Below, in pieces: positions 21,261-32,097 of a stretch of 64,000 bases of DNA (within the stretch, counting starts at the first letter, position 1; each line of letters opens with the position of its first letter). This stretch comes from an uncultured Alphaproteobacteria bacterium (GTDB lineage: Bacteria; Pseudomonadota; Alphaproteobacteria; Rhizobiales; Beijerinckiaceae), in assembly GCA_963741845.1 (NCBI GenBank), contig CAVUJV010000006.1, positions 73,055-137,054 of the forward strand, in the 5' to 3' direction. The notes below the pieces were generated by a model. It was not told where the DNA came from. It saw only the letters and a program-made list of their open reading frames with translations, and did no database searches. The translations under genes and the position numbers were made by a program.

Positions 21261-22163
21261 ATGCCTCGTAGCAGAGCCGTTGCCGGGGCCGCAGGGCTTC
21301 TTGCTCTCTCGCTCTCGGGATGCAGCGGAGTCCTCGATCCGCAGGGACCGATCGGAGCGGCGCAGAAGCTCATCCTCATCGACTCCGTAGCGATCATGCT
21401 CGTGATCGTCGTGCCCGTCATCGTGGCGACGGCGGCGTTCGCCTGGTGGTTCCGCGCGTCGAACGAACGCGCTTTCTATTGGCCCGACTGGGCCTTTTCC
21501 GGCCATCTCGAGCTCATCGTCTGGGCAATTCCAGCGCTCGTCATCACCTTTCTCGGCGGCATCGCGTGGTACGGCTCGCACGCGCTCGATCCTTTCCGGC
21601 CGATTCCCTCGCAGGCGCGGCCTCTCGATATCGACGTCGTCTCGCTCGATTGGAAATGGCTCTTCATCTATCCCGAGGAAGGCGTCGCGACGGTCAACCA
21701 ACTGGTGATCCCGGTCGGCACGCCGGTTCATTTCCGCCTCACGTCGTCGGGCGTGATGAACAGCTTCTTCGTGCCGCAACTCGGAAGCATGATCTACAGC
21801 ATGGCGGGCATGATTTCGCAGCTTCACCTGAAGGCGGACAGTCCGGGCGAATTTCTCGGAATGTCCGCGCAGTTCAGCGGCGAAGGCTTTCCGACCATGA
21901 TGTTCAAGGTCAAGGCGGTCTCGACCGGCGACTACGCCAAATGGGTCACCGAAGCGCAGTCGTCCGGGAACAAGCTCGACAGGGCCGCCTATGCCGAGCT
22001 CGCCAAGCCCAGCCTCGGCGTGGCTCCCAGGGTCTACGCGCCCGTTGAACGCGGGCTCTTCGACATCATCATCGATCAGACCGTACGTCCGCCTTCCGTC
22101 GCCACGGACGACGCGCTCTGGGCATGGTGTGGGCCGGGACGGCGGTCGCGCGAGGGTTTGTAA
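21261..22163 (+). CDS. cyoA: Cytochrome bo3 ubiquinol oxidase subunit II
   Basis: Lipobox [32 protein letters not shown] (no CuA ligands). Confidence 0.95.
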   Translation: MPRSRAVAGAAGLLALSLSGCSGVLDPQGPIGAAQKLILIDSVAIMLVIVVPVIVATAAFAWWFRASNERAFYWPDWAFSGHLELIVWAIPALVITFLGGIAWYGSHALDPFRPIPSQARPLDIDVVSLDWKWLFIYPEEGVATVNQLVIPVGTPVHFRLTSSGVMNSFFVPQLGSMIYSMAGMISQLHLKADSPGEFLGMSAQFSGEGFPTMMFKVKAVSTGDYAKWVTEAQSSGNKLDRAAYAELAKPSLGVAPRVYAPVERGLFDIIIDQTVRPPSVATDDALWAWCGPGRRSREGL

Positions 22164-24823
22164 TGCTTGGTAAACTGACCTGGTCGGCGATCCCGTTCGA
22201 CCAGCCAATTCCACTTGCCGTCTCGATCGTCGTTATCATCGTCGCGGTCGCGGTTCTCGCCTGGGTGACGATCAAGGGCTACTGGCCCTATCTCTGGAAC
22301 GAGTGGATCACATCCGTCGATCACAAGCGTATCGGCGTCATGTATTGCCTTCTCGCGCTCGTGATGCTGATCCGCGGCTTCGCGGACGCCATCATGATGC
22401 GCGCGCAGCAGGCGATCGCCTTCCATTCGCAGGGCTATCTTCCGCCGGAGCATTACAACCAGATCTTCTCGGCCCACGGCACGATCATGATCTTTTTCGT
22501 GGCGATGCCGTTCATGATCGGGCTCATGAACTTTGCCGTGCCGCTGCAGCTTGGCGTCCGCGACGTCGCCTTTCCGACCTTCAACTCCGTGTCGTTCTGG
22601 CTGACCGCATCGGCCGTGCTGCTGGTCAATATATCCCTGTTCGTCGGCGAGTTCGCGAAGACGGGATGGCTCGTCTATCCTCCGCTCTCCGAGTTGCGCT
22701 TCTCGCCCGGAGTCGGCGTCGACTATTACCTGTGGGCGATTCAGATATCGGGCATAGGCACGCTCCTCACAGGCGTCAATTTCATCACGACGATCCTGAA
22801 GGTGCGCGCTCCGGGCATGACGCTGACGCGCATGCCGATCTTCTGCTGGACGGCGCTTGCCGCGAACCTGCTGATTGTCGCGGCCTTCCCGATCCTCACC
22901 GCGACGCTGGCGATGCTGCTGCTCGACCGGTACCTCGACTTCCACTTCTTCACGACCGACATGGGCGGCAACGCCATGATGTTCGTCAACCTCGTGTGGG
23001 CGTGGGGGCATCCGGAGGTCTACATCCTCATCCTGCCGGCTTTCGGCATTTTTTCCGAGGTCATCTCGACGTTTTCGTCGAAGCCGCTGTTCGGCTACCG
23101 CTCCATGATTGTCGCCACGATGGCGATCTGCGTCCTCTCCTTCCTCGTGTGGGTTCACCATTTCTTCACGATGGGGGCGAGCGCCGACGTCAACGGCTTC
23201 TTCGGCGTCATGACGATGATCATCGCGGTGCCGACAGGCGTGAAGGTCTTCAACTGGCTCTTCACGATGTGGGGCGGACGGATCCGCTATCATCTCCCGA
23301 TGATGTGGTCGGTCGCCTTCATCATCACCTTCGTGGTCGGCGGAATGACGGGCGTGCTGCTCGCCGTGCCGCCCGCGGATTTCGTCCTGCACAATTCTCT
23401 GTTCCTCGTCGCGCACTTCCATAACGTCATCATCGGCGGCGTTCTGTTCGCGGGCTTCGCGGGTTACGCCTACTGGTTCCCGAAGGCCTTCGGCTTCAAG
23501 CTCGACGAACGATGGGGGATCGCGGCCTTCTGGTTCTGGGTCGTGGGCTTCTACGTGGCGTTCATGCCGCTCTACGTGCTCGGCCTCGAAGGCATGACGC
23601 GCCGGCTGCAGCATTACGACGTCGCGGAATGGCGCCCCTGGCTGATCGTGGCGGCTTTCGGCGCCGTGCTGATCCTCTGCGGAATCGCTTGCCAGGTGAT
23701 CGAACTCATTGTCTCCATCCGCAATCGCGATGCGCTGCGGGATCGGACGGGCGATCCGTGGGACGGGCGCACGCTCGAATGGATCACCGCCTCGCCGCCG
23801 CCTGCCTTCAATTTCGCGGTGATGCCGAACGTCACGAACGAAGAAGCCTATTGGGGCATCAAGCAGCTGGCGATCGCGAACCGCAGGCTGACCGATCTGC
23901 CCGAATACAGGCCGATCGAACTGCCGCGGAACAGCCCCACGGGTATCGTCGTGGCCTTTTTCGCGAGCGTCACCGGATTCGCCCTGATCTGGCAGATCTG
24001 GTGGATGGTCATCATCGGACTTATTGGAGCCTTTGCGACCTTTGTCGCCTTCGCCTGGCGCGACCATTCCGAATATGAGCTGCACGCGGAGGATCTCGCG
24101 CGGATCGATGGTGAGCGGCGCAGGGCCCGCATCGCGCTGGTCGAAGGGCGTGAGGAGGGCATCACACCCGTCAAATACACGGGGCCGCCGTCGCACCATG
24201 AACGCGACCCTCACAAGGTGGGCGTGCGCGCCGAGCCGGACGGCGGCTTCAAGGGGCCGGCGTCGAAGCGCATCGTCACCGGATACGGCTTCTGGATCTT
24301 CCTCCTCTCCGACTTCATCATGTTTTCGGGGTTCTACGCGGCCTATGCGGTGCTCTCGCAGGCGACCGCCGGAGGGCCGGGGCCGCAACAGCTCTTCAAC
24401 CTCACGACCGTCGGGTGGGAAACCGCGCTCCTGCTGCTGTCGAGTTTCGTCTGCGGCATGGCGGCGATCGCGACCAATGTGCGCAACATGCTCTGGACGC
24501 AGGTCGGCTATTTTGTCACCGGCGTTCTGGGCCTCGGCTTCCTGGCGCTCGAACTGAACGAATTCGCGCATATGCTGGCGGAAGGCGCGGGTCCCGGCCG
24601 CAGCGCCTTCCTTTCGGCCTTCTTCGCGCTGGTCGGCCTGCACGGCCTGCACGTGACGGTCGGCCTTCTGTGGCTCGGCACGATGATGGCGCAGTTCTGG
24701 GCGAAGGGCTTCCGCGACGACATTCTGCGGCGCGCCATGTGCTTCGCGCTCTTCTGGCACGCGCTCGACATCATCTGGGTTGGCATCTTCACCAACGTCT
24801 ATCTTTTGGGAACGCTCCGATGA
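22163..24823 (+). CDS. cyoB: Cytochrome bo3 ubiquinol oxidase subunit I fused to subunit III (886 aa)
   Basis: TAATG coupling to cyoA; quinol-site motifs RGFAD and HYNQ, WGHPEVY, VHH, AHFH; continues without a stop into CyoC motifs [23 protein letters not shown]. Confidence 0.9.
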   Translation: MLGKLTWSAIPFDQPIPLAVSIVVIIVAVAVLAWVTIKGYWPYLWNEWITSVDHKRIGVMYCLLALVMLIRGFADAIMMRAQQAIAFHSQGYLPPEHYNQIFSAHGTIMIFFVAMPFMIGLMNFAVPLQLGVRDVAFPTFNSVSFWLTASAVLLVNISLFVGEFAKTGWLVYPPLSELRFSPGVGVDYYLWAIQISGIGTLLTGVNFITTILKVRAPGMTLTRMPIFCWTALAANLLIVAAFPILTATLAMLLLDRYLDFHFFTTDMGGNAMMFVNLVWAWGHPEVYILILPAFGIFSEVISTFSSKPLFGYRSMIVATMAICVLSFLVWVHHFFTMGASADVNGFFGVMTMIIAVPTGVKVFNWLFTMWGGRIRYHLPMMWSVAFIITFVVGGMTGVLLAVPPADFVLHNSLFLVAHFHNVIIGGVLFAGFAGYAYWFPKAFGFKLDERWGIAAFWFWVVGFYVAFMPLYVLGLEGMTRRLQHYDVAEWRPWLIVAAFGAVLILCGIACQVIELIVSIRNRDALRDRTGDPWDGRTLEWITASPPPAFNFAVMPNVTNEEAYWGIKQLAIANRRLTDLPEYRPIELPRNSPTGIVVAFFASVTGFALIWQIWWMVIIGLIGAFATFVAFAWRDHSEYELHAEDLARIDGERRRARIALVEGREEGITPVKYTGPPSHHERDPHKVGVRAEPDGGFKGPASKRIVTGYGFWIFLLSDFIMFSGFYAAYAVLSQATAGGPGPQQLFNLTTVGWETALLLLSSFVCGMAAIATNVRNMLWTQVGYFVTGVLGLGFLALELNEFAHMLAEGAGPGRSAFLSAFFALVGLHGLHVTVGLLWLGTMMAQFWAKGFRDDILRRAMCFALFWHALDIIWVGIFTNVYLLGTLR

Positions 24824-25224
24824 GCGAGAACGAATTCGGTCTTCGCGACGAGATCCTCGACAGCGCCCCTGGCGATCCCGATCCGCACGAGCGGAGCGTC
24901 AGGGCCGAAGTCATCAATTACCTGATCGGCCTCGGCCTCGCAGCGCTCTTTACGGTCGCGTCCTTCTGGGTGGCGAGCGGCACGAGCTGGATCTACGGTC
25001 CAGGCGTCATCATGGCGCTGGCCGCGCTCGCCGTCGGCCAGATGGGCGTGCATCTGGCCTTCTTCCTGCACATCACGACGGGGCCGGACAACACGAACAA
25101 TGCGCTGGCGCTCGCGTTCGGCGTGATGATCGTCGGCATCGTCATCGCAGGCTCGATCTGGATCATGTACCACCTCAACGGCAATATGATGCCGCCGATG
25201 ATGGACATGAACGCGCAGCCCTAA
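24820..25224 (+). CDS. cyoD: Cytochrome bo3 ubiquinol oxidase subunit IV
   Basis: ATGA overlap, [22 protein letters not shown]. Confidence 0.93.
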   Translation: MSENEFGLRDEILDSAPGDPDPHERSVRAEVINYLIGLGLAALFTVASFWVASGTSWIYGPGVIMALAALAVGQMGVHLAFFLHITTGPDNTNNALALAFGVMIVGIVIAGSIWIMYHLNGNMMPPMMDMNAQP

Positions 25225-25284
25225 CGGCTTGCCGTCCCCGGCCCTTCGTCGCTGGCGCGCCGCAAGCGGGCGCTATCCTCCACT

Positions 25285-25353
25285 CCGCGCGGCATGATCA
25301 CGACGGAGGCCGAGACGATCAACGCGGACCTTCTCGCCTTCATCGAGGAGTGA
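25285..25353 (+). pseudogene. 3' remnant of a non-haem chloroperoxidase-type alpha/beta hydrolase
   Basis: Translates PRGMITTEAETINADLLAFIEE*, matching the family C-terminus (PHG..TT.A..INADLLAF); no upstream coding sequence. Confidence 0.6.
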
Positions 25354-25432
25354 AGCGATTCCGCCCGCTTTCGCCTCCGAGAGACCTCGCGGGGCGAAAG
25401 TGGCGGTCGGCTCTGCCAGCGGGACTGGCGCC

Positions 25433-26078
25433 TCAGTTCAGAGCGATGCGATAGGTCGCTTCGGTCTTGGCGGCGATCTCGTCCAGCGTCACGCCCGGCG
25501 CGAGCTCGATGAGCGCCATGCCGCGCAGCCCGTGCTTGTCGATCGTGAAGACGCCGAGGTCGGTGATCACGAGATCGACGACTTTCGCGCCCGTCAGCGG
25601 CAGGTTGCAATGATGCAGGAGCTTCGGGCCGTCCTTGGCCGAGTGCTCCATGACGACGACGATGCGCTTGACGCCCGCGACGAGATCCATCGCGCCGCCC
25701 ATGCCCTTGACCATCTTGCCGGGAATCATCCAGTTCGCGAGGTCGCCATTCTCGGCGACCTGCATCGCGCCGAGGATCGCGATGTCGATATGGCCGCCGC
25801 GGATCATCGCGAAGGAATCGGCGCTGGAGAAGAAGCTCGTCGTGGGGAGCTGGGTGACGGTCTGCTTGCCGGCGTTGATGAGGTCGGGATCTTCCTCGCC
25901 CTCGTAGGGAAAAGGCCCCATGCCCAGCATGCCGTTCTCGCTCTGGAGCTGCACGCTCATGCCTTCGGGGATATAGTTCGATACGAGCGTCGGGATGCCG
26001 ATGCCGAGATTGACGTAGAAGCCGTCTCTTCAGCTCCTTGGCGGCGCGGGCCGCCATCTGGTCGCGGGTCCAGGGCAT
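25433..26078 (-). CDS. scoB: Succinyl-CoA:3-oxoacid CoA-transferase subunit B, one frameshift near 26028
   Basis: [13 protein letters not shown]..., [15 protein letters not shown] catalytic Glu, GMGGAMDL. Confidence 0.9.
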
Positions 26079-26096
26079 TTGTCGTCTCCTCGGATG

Positions 26097-26804
26097 TCAG
26101 GCGGCTTCGCGCTTGCGCGTCGTGCGTTGCTCGATTCGCTTCTCGGCGCTCGGAGCGTGGACGATCCGCTGCACATAGATGCCGGGCGTCATGATGTGGT
26201 CGGCGTCGATCTCGCCCGGCTGCACAAGGTGCTCCACTTCGGCGATCGTGAGCCTGGCGGCGGTCGCCATCATCGGATTGAAGTTGCGCGCCGTCTTCCG
26301 GTAGACGAGGTTGCCTTCGGCATCGCCCTTCCAGGCGTGCACGAGGGCGATATCGGCGACGAGGCCGGTTTCCATGACGAAGGCTTCGCCGTTGAAATCG
26401 CGAATTTCCTTGCCTTCGGAGACGATCGTGCCGACGCCGGTGCGGGTGAAGAAGGCCGGGATGCCGGCCCCGCCCGCGCGGATGCGCTCGGCGAGCGTGC
26501 CCTGCGGATTGAATTCGAGCTCGAGCTGGCCCGACAGATAGAGATTGGCGAAGGTCTTGTTCTCGCCGACATAGCTCGAGATCATCTTGCGGATCTGCCC
26601 CGTCTCGAGCAGGACGCCAAGGCCGACGCCATCGACGCCCGCATTGTTGGAAATGACGGTGAGGTCCTTCGCGCCGGAGTTCTTGACCGCTTCGATCAGC
26701 GTCTCCGGGATTCCGCAGAGCCCGAATCCGCCCGACATGATGGTCATGCCGTCCTTGATCGAACCGGCGAGCGCCTCCTCGGCGTTGGCGTAGACTTTTT
26801 TCAT
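26097..26804 (-). CDS. scoA: Succinyl-CoA:3-oxoacid CoA-transferase subunit A
   Basis: GGFGLCGIP, SYVGEN, PQGTLAERIRAGGAGIPAF, ARNFNP. Confidence 0.95.
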   Translation of the reverse strand: MKKVYANAEEALAGSIKDGMTIMSGGFGLCGIPETLIEAVKNSGAKDLTVISNNAGVDGVGLGVLLETGQIRKMISSYVGENKTFANLYLSGQLELEFNPQGTLAERIRAGGAGIPAFFTRTGVGTIVSEGKEIRDFNGEAFVMETGLVADIALVHAWKGDAEGNLVYRKTARNFNPMMATAARLTIAEVEHLVQPGEIDADHIMTPGIYVQRIVHAPSAEKRIEQRTTRKREAA

Positions 26805-26941
26805 CGGCGTCGAACTTCCCCTGTCAGAGGCGCGCGCCTAAGTACCGTCGCGGGCCCGAGGCCGCAAGCCTCGGCGACACGCAAATCGGCCAGGGGCGCG
26901 GGGCTGGCAGCGGGCGCGACGCGCGGCTAAGACATGCGGGC

Positions 26942-27397
26942 ATGATCCTCGACTGGCTGCTCGCGAGCCTTCATCACCTCGCGGTCTTTTCCCTCGCCGG
27001 CATCCTCGCGGCGGAGCTTGCGCTGACGGCGAGCATCATCGACGACCGCACGGCGCTGAGACTGGCGCGGATCGACGCCTGGTTCGGCCTCATGGCGGCG
27101 GCGGCGCTCGCGGCCGGGCTTCTGCGCATTTTCCTCGCGGCGAAGGGCGCCGACTATTACCTCGCCAACGTCTTCTTCTGGATCAAGATGGGGCTCTTCG
27201 TGACGGTCGCGGCGATTTCCGCCGCTCCGACCTATTCCTTCATCGTCTGGCGCCGCGCTGTCCGGGCCGATCAGAGCTTCCGGCCGCCGAAGAAGGACGT
27301 CGCGCGCTTGCGCAAGATGCTCTACGCGGAAGCCGGATTGTTCGCCCTCATTCCGCTCGCCGCCGCCGCGATGGCGCGCGGCTTTGGTTCGTATTGA
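26942..27397 (+). CDS. DUF2214 family membrane protein
   Basis: LHHL, RIDAWFG, KGADYY, FWIKMGLF, C-terminal AAAMARGFG. Confidence 0.8.
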   Translation: MILDWLLASLHHLAVFSLAGILAAELALTASIIDDRTALRLARIDAWFGLMAAAALAAGLLRIFLAAKGADYYLANVFFWIKMGLFVTVAAISAAPTYSFIVWRRAVRADQSFRPPKKDVARLRKMLYAEAGLFALIPLAAAAMARGFGSY

Positions 27398-27407
27398 AGG
27401 CCTCTCG

Positions 27408-27881
27408 ATGAAGCCCGCCGTCGCTCCCTCCGCTCTCAAGGTCCAGGCCGCGCTTGGGTCCCGCTTCGCGGTGCTGGAGTTCGACGCGAGCACCCGCACC
27501 TCCGAGGAGGCCGCGGCCGCCATCGGCTGCACGGTGGCGCAGATCGCGAAATCGCTCGTTTTCCGCTCGGCGGGCGGCAGGCCGGTGCTGGTCATCGCCT
27601 CGGGCGTCAACCGGGTCGACGAGAAGAAGGTCGGCGCCCTGATCGGCGAAAAGATTGCGCGCGCCGACCCCGAGTTCGTGCGCGAGAGCACCGGCTTCGC
27701 CATCGGCGGGATCCCGCCCGTCGGCCACGCGATCCCGCCGGTCACGCTCATCGACGAGGCGCTGATGGCGCTCAGCGAGATCTGGGCGGCGGCCGGGACG
27801 CCGAACGCCGTCTTCCGCTTGACCCCGGCCGACCTTGTGGCGCTCACTCAGGGAAAGGTCGCGCCGCTCGCGCGCGCCTGA
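27408..27881 (+). CDS. YbaK/EbsC family aminoacyl-tRNA deacylase
   Basis: QIAKSLVF, TGFAIGGIPP, WAAAG. Confidence 0.9.
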   Translation: MKPAVAPSALKVQAALGSRFAVLEFDASTRTSEEAAAAIGCTVAQIAKSLVFRSAGGRPVLVIASGVNRVDEKKVGALIGEKIARADPEFVRESTGFAIGGIPPVGHAIPPVTLIDEALMALSEIWAAAGTPNAVFRLTPADLVALTQGKVAPLARA

Positions 27882-27904
27882 CATCACGTCTCACGGAGGC
27901 GACA

Positions 27905-28708
27905 ATGGCCGAGGCAAAGGCGGGACGGATCCGGGTCGGCGTCGGCGGCTGGAACTACGCGCCCTGGCGCGGCGCCTTCTATCCCAAGGGCGTGGCGCAG
28001 GCGCGCGAACTCGAATACGCCGCCTCCCATCTCACGTCGATCGAGATCGACAGCACCTATTACGGCTCGAAGACGCCCGAAAGCTTCCGCAAATGGCGGG
28101 ACGCCACGCCGGACGACTTCGTCTTTTCCGTCAAAGGGCCGCGCTTTGCGACCAACCGGCGCGTGCTGGCGGAAGCGGCGCCGTCGATCGAGCGGTTCTT
28201 CAAGAGCGGCGTGACGGAACTCAAGGGCAAGCTCGGGCCGGTCAACTGGCAGTTCGCCACGACCAAGCGCTTCGAGCCGGACGATTTCTCCGCTTTCCTC
28301 GACCTTCTGCCGAAATCGGTCGACGGGCGTGCGATCCGCCATGCGGTGGAGGTGCGCCACGAGAGCTTCTGCGCGCCGGACTTCGTTACGCTCGCGCGCG
28401 AGCGCGGCGTCGGCGTCATCATCGCCGCCGACGGCAAATATCCGCAGATCGCCGACGTGACCGCGCCTTATGTTTACGCGCGCATCATGGGAACGACGGA
28501 GGACGAGAAGCTCGGCTATCCTCCCAAGGCGCTCGATCTGTGGGCCGAGCGCGCCAAAGCCTGGGCGCGCGGCGACGCAGCGCCGGGCCTCAAAACGGTC
28601 GCGCCCCCGGCGAAGCCGGAGGCGCGGGACGTGTTTCTTTATGTGATCAGCGGGTTCAAGGCCCGCAATCCGCTGGCCGCGATGGCGCTTATCCAGCGCC
28701 TCGGCTGA
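27905..28708 (+). CDS. DUF72 family protein
   Basis: GGWNYAPWRG.FYP, IEIDSTYY, HAVEVRH, YARIMG. Confidence 0.9.
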   Translation: MAEAKAGRIRVGVGGWNYAPWRGAFYPKGVAQARELEYAASHLTSIEIDSTYYGSKTPESFRKWRDATPDDFVFSVKGPRFATNRRVLAEAAPSIERFFKSGVTELKGKLGPVNWQFATTKRFEPDDFSAFLDLLPKSVDGRAIRHAVEVRHESFCAPDFVTLARERGVGVIIAADGKYPQIADVTAPYVYARIMGTTEDEKLGYPPKALDLWAERAKAWARGDAAPGLKTVAPPAKPEARDVFLYVISGFKARNPLAAMALIQRLG

Positions 28709-28715
28709 CGCAGGG

Positions 28716-28907
28716 TCAGTCGCAGGCCCGGATACGCAGCGCGCAGAGCGCGTGCTTCGACAGGCTGGCAAGCGCCGAGAGGCCGCCGGCCAGAGCAGAG
28801 CTGACGCCCGTCAGCCCATAGCTGTTGAGGGGCGCGACCCGCGCGCAAAGGTCGTCGCGCGTGTAGGCGGGCGCGTGCGAGTGAGAGCAAAGATTCTTGT
28901 CAGTCAT
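28716..28907 (-). CDS. Putative small protein (63 aa, 4 Cys)
   Basis: ATG ORF MTDKNLCSHSH...CALRIRACD with GC-rich third positions and a promoter-like region upstream; no family recognised. Confidence 0.5.
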   Translation of the reverse strand: MTDKNLCSHSHAPAYTRDDLCARVAPLNSYGLTGVSSALAGGLSALASLSKHALCALRIRACD

Positions 28908-28963
28908 GGTTTTGATCAGGTTGGCCGTGTTTTGTGCAGGAGCGAACACTTCTTGTGCAACGC

Positions 28964-28991
28964 ATATAGGAGCTGCGGACGTTTACGCAAG
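28964..28991 (-). promoter_or_regulatory. Sigma70-like promoter for the small ORF
   Basis: CTTGCG-N16-CTATAT on the minus strand versus the alphaproteobacterial consensus CTTGAC-N17-CTATAT. Confidence 0.45.
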
Positions 28992-29000
28992 ACACAAGCC

Positions 29001-29016
29001 TGTGACGGCGGTCACA
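29001..29016. promoter_or_regulatory. CRP/FNR-superfamily binding site
   Basis: TGTGA-CGGCGG-TCACA, a perfect match to TGTGA-N6-TCACA. Confidence 0.6.
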
Positions 29017-29095
29017 CTACAAATCCAGACTGCTGAAATGGCGAAGCCGGGCCTTGACGGGCGACCAAAAGGTTGCCCGGGAGGCGGAGGGGCCT

Positions 29096-30388
29096 TTACG
29101 GCCGCGTCTGCCCCTCGCCCCGCACGCGATATTTGAACGTGCAGAGCTGCTCGACGCCGACCGGCCCGCGCGCATGCATGCGCCCCGTGGCGATGCCGAT
29201 TTCGGCGCCGAAGCCGAACTCGCCGCCGTCGGCGAACTGGGTCGAGGCGTTGTGCAGCACGATCGCCGAATCGACTTCCTTGAGGAATTTCTCCGCCGCC
29301 GCCTTGTCCTCGGTGAGGATGCAGTCGGTGTGATGCGAGCCGTAGGTCTCGATATGGTCGATCGCCGCGTCGAGATCGTCCACGACACGCGCGGAGATGA
29401 TCGCGTCGAGATATTCGGTGCGCCAGTCCTCCTCGGTCGCGGCCGTCACGCGCGGGTCCGCCTTGCGCGTGGCCGCGTCGCCGCGCACCGCGCAGCCGGC
29501 GTCGAGGAGCGCCGCGATCAGCGGCTTCAGCATTTTGGGCGCGGCGTCGCGATGGACGAGCAGCGTCTCGGCCGCGCCGCAGATTCCGGTGCGCCGCATC
29601 TTGGCGTTGACCAGGATTTTTGTCGCCTTCTCCAGGTCGGCCGCGCGGTCGACATAGACATGCACGATGCCTTCGAGATGGGCGAAGACCGGCACGCGCG
29701 CCTCGCGCTGCACGCGCTCGACGAGGCTCTTGCCGCCGCGCGGCACAATGACGTCAATCGCGCCGTCGAGCCCTTCGAGCATCGCGCCGACCGCCGCGCG
29801 CGAGGCGAAGGGCGCGCGGGAGATGGCGGCCTCCGGCAGGCCCGCTTCCTTCAACCCCGCGACAAGGCAGGCGTGGATCGCCGCCGAGGAATGGAAACTG
29901 TCGGAGCCGCCGCGCAGGATCACCGCGTTGCCGCTCTTGAGGCACAGCGCGCCCGCGTCCGCCGTCACGTTCGGCCGGCTTTCGTAGATGACCCCGATGA
30001 CGCCGAGCGGCGTCGCGACGCGCTCGATTCTGAGGCCGTTGGGGCGGGTAAAGGTCGCGAGCACCCGCCCGACCGGATCGGGCAGGGCGGCGACCTCCTC
30101 GAGCCCGCGCGCGATGGCCTCGATGCGCGCCTCGTTGAGCGTAAGCCGGTCGATGAAGGACGAGCCGAGGCCCTTGTCCCTGCCTTCGTTCAGATCGCGC
30201 GCGTTGGCGGCGAGGACGTCGGACATGCGTTCGCGGAGCAGGCGGGCGGCGCTGGCCAGCGCGAGATTCTTCTGTTCGGCCGGCGCGTTGGCGAGCACGC
30301 GCGCGGCGGCCCGGGCCTTGAGCCCCAGGCCGCGCATCGCGGCGCGAACTTCCGCGTCGGGCGCGAGCATATGAACGGCGGCGGTCAT
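29096..30388 (-). CDS. proA: Gamma-glutamyl phosphate reductase
   Basis: [55 protein letters not shown]. Confidence 0.97.
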   Translation of the reverse strand: MTAAVHMLAPDAEVRAAMRGLGLKARAAARVLANAPAEQKNLALASAARLLRERMSDVLAANARDLNEGRDKGLGSSFIDRLTLNEARIEAIARGLEEVAALPDPVGRVLATFTRPNGLRIERVATPLGVIGVIYESRPNVTADAGALCLKSGNAVILRGGSDSFHSSAAIHACLVAGLKEAGLPEAAISRAPFASRAAVGAMLEGLDGAIDVIVPRGGKSLVERVQREARVPVFAHLEGIVHVYVDRAADLEKATKILVNAKMRRTGICGAAETLLVHRDAAPKMLKPLIAALLDAGCAVRGDAATRKADPRVTAATEEDWRTEYLDAIISARVVDDLDAAIDHIETYGSHHTDCILTEDKAAAEKFLKEVDSAIVLHNASTQFADGGEFGFGAEIGIATGRMHARGPVGVEQLCTFKYRVRGEGQTRP

Positions 30389-30507
30389 CGGCGTGTTTTC
30401 CCGGCTTCGAGACCGCTCATTTAAGGGAAGATCAGCGGGAAACGCCATCCCCCGGACGGGACGCGCGACGCTCCGCCGCTTGCTTAGCAGGACAGTGAGG
30501 AGGGACG

Positions 30508-31485
30508 GTGACGCCGGCGCAAAATATCTTCGATAGGGTTCGGCTCTTGCTGTCGCAGGCCCTGACGGTCGCGGCGGACCTCCGGATCGCCGACCTGCTG
30601 GCGAACGGCGAACGGACCGCGGACGACATTGCGAACGAAGCGGGCGCGAACGCCGATGCACTCTGTCGCGTGCTGCGGCTCCTCGCGAGCGAGGGCGTGT
30701 TTCGCGAGACGTCGTCGCGCCGCTTCGCCCAGACGGAACTCAGCGCGACGCTGCGGTCAGACCTGCCTGGAAGTCCCCGCGACTTCCTTCGCATGTTCAA
30801 CAGCGAGCCCTATCAGGCGTTCGGCGAACTTCTGCATTCCGTCAAGACCGGAGGGACCGCTTTCGAGCATGTTTTCGGCGCAGCGAGGTTCGACTGGCTC
30901 GACGCCCACCCGGAGAAGATGGCGTTGTTCCAGCGCGCCATGATCGCGCTGAGCCAGGGCGCCAACGAAGCTGTCGCGGAGGCTTTCGACTTCACGCCCT
31001 ACAGGCGCGTGGTGGACGTCGGCGGGGGACACGGACAATTGCTCTTTGCGATCCTGACAGAAATCCACACCTGTCGGGGACCTGTTTGACGGCCCTGCGA
31101 GCATCGAAATGCCGGAGCGGCGTCGGGGACCTCCGCTCCGCACCGAATTCGACGCCGGCAATTTCTTCGAGGGCGCCGGAAGGCGGCGACATCTACGTTC
31201 TGAAAAGGGTGATCCGCGACTGGGCCGGAGCGGGCGGCCGCGATTCGCGAACCGCCTGGCAGGGTGACTGAGCTTTAGGAAAGGTGACTGTTGCGGAACC
31301 GTGACGGCTCAGGGTAACGAACCTGAACTCGGCAAGTATCTGGACTCGCCATGCTGGCGATCACTGGCGGGGTCGAGCGGACCGAACCGCAATTCGCGGA
31401 CTTGTTCGCTCGTGCGGGATTGCGGCTCGAGCAGGTCGTCGCGACCGGCGCCGGAATCTCCGTCCTGGAGGCCGGCCGGGCCTGA
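30508..31485 (+). pseudogene. Decayed SAM-dependent O-methyltransferase (dimerisation domain + Methyltransf_2)
   Basis: Intact N-half to VDVGGGHG, then LFD.P, GNFF, DIYVLKRVIRDW, KYLD and ERT..QF..LFARAGL motifs scattered over several frames with stops and a deletion. Confidence 0.8.
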
Positions 31486-31552
31486 TTCACTCGCCAGCTC
31501 CGCGCCTGCAGGCGGCGAAGGACAAGACCTCGGCATCGCCTCCCGCAGAGAA

Positions 31553-32083
31553 CTAGCCCTTCGGCCGGAAGGCCACACAGAATTCCGGGTTCGTGTCGAG
31601 CCGCGCGCCGCCAATCAGATCGACGCAATAGGGGACCGCCGGGAAGACGGCGTCGAGGCAGGTGCGGATCGCCGAGGGCTTGCCCGGCAGGTTGATGATG
31701 AGGCTTGACCCGCGTGTGCCCGCGATCTGGCGGGAAAGGATCGCAGTCGGCACTTCGAGCAGGCTTTTCGTCCGCATGAGTTCGCCGAAGCCGGGAAGCA
31801 GGCGCTCGCAGACCGCCTCCGTCGCTTCCGGCGTGACGTCGCGCGGGGCGGGGCCGGTGCCGCCCGTCGTCAGGATCAGAGGGCAGCCCTCGCGGTCGGC
31901 GAGCTCGACGAGGGCCGCTTCGATCGCCGGCCGCTCGTCGGGCGCGAGCCTTCGCGCCGGCCGCCAGGGGGTCGCGAGCAGGTCCTTCAGCGCGACCTCG
32001 ATGCCCGGGCCGCCCTTGTCCTCGTAGAGGCCGCGGAACGCCCGGTCGGAAATGGTGACGACGCCGATAGGGACTTCGGACAA
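31553..32083 (-). CDS. mog: Molybdopterin adenylyltransferase
   Basis: TISDRA, TTGGTGPAPRDVTPEA, AILSRQ, INLPGKP. TTG start. Confidence 0.95.
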   Translation of the reverse strand: MSEVPIGVVTISDRAFRGLYEDKGGPGIEVALKDLLATPWRPARRLAPDERPAIEAALVELADREGCPLILTTGGTGPAPRDVTPEATEAVCERLLPGFGELMRTKSLLEVPTAILSRQIAGTRGSSLIINLPGKPSAIRTCLDAVFPAVPYCVDLIGGARLDTNPEFCVAFRPKG

Positions 32084-32097
32084 GAGGGGTCTCCGGT

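Noticed and set aside
22076-24760. Long antisense ORFs over cyoB (and similarly over SulP, edd, proA)
   Set aside because: Typical high-GC antisense open frames with no protein motifs.
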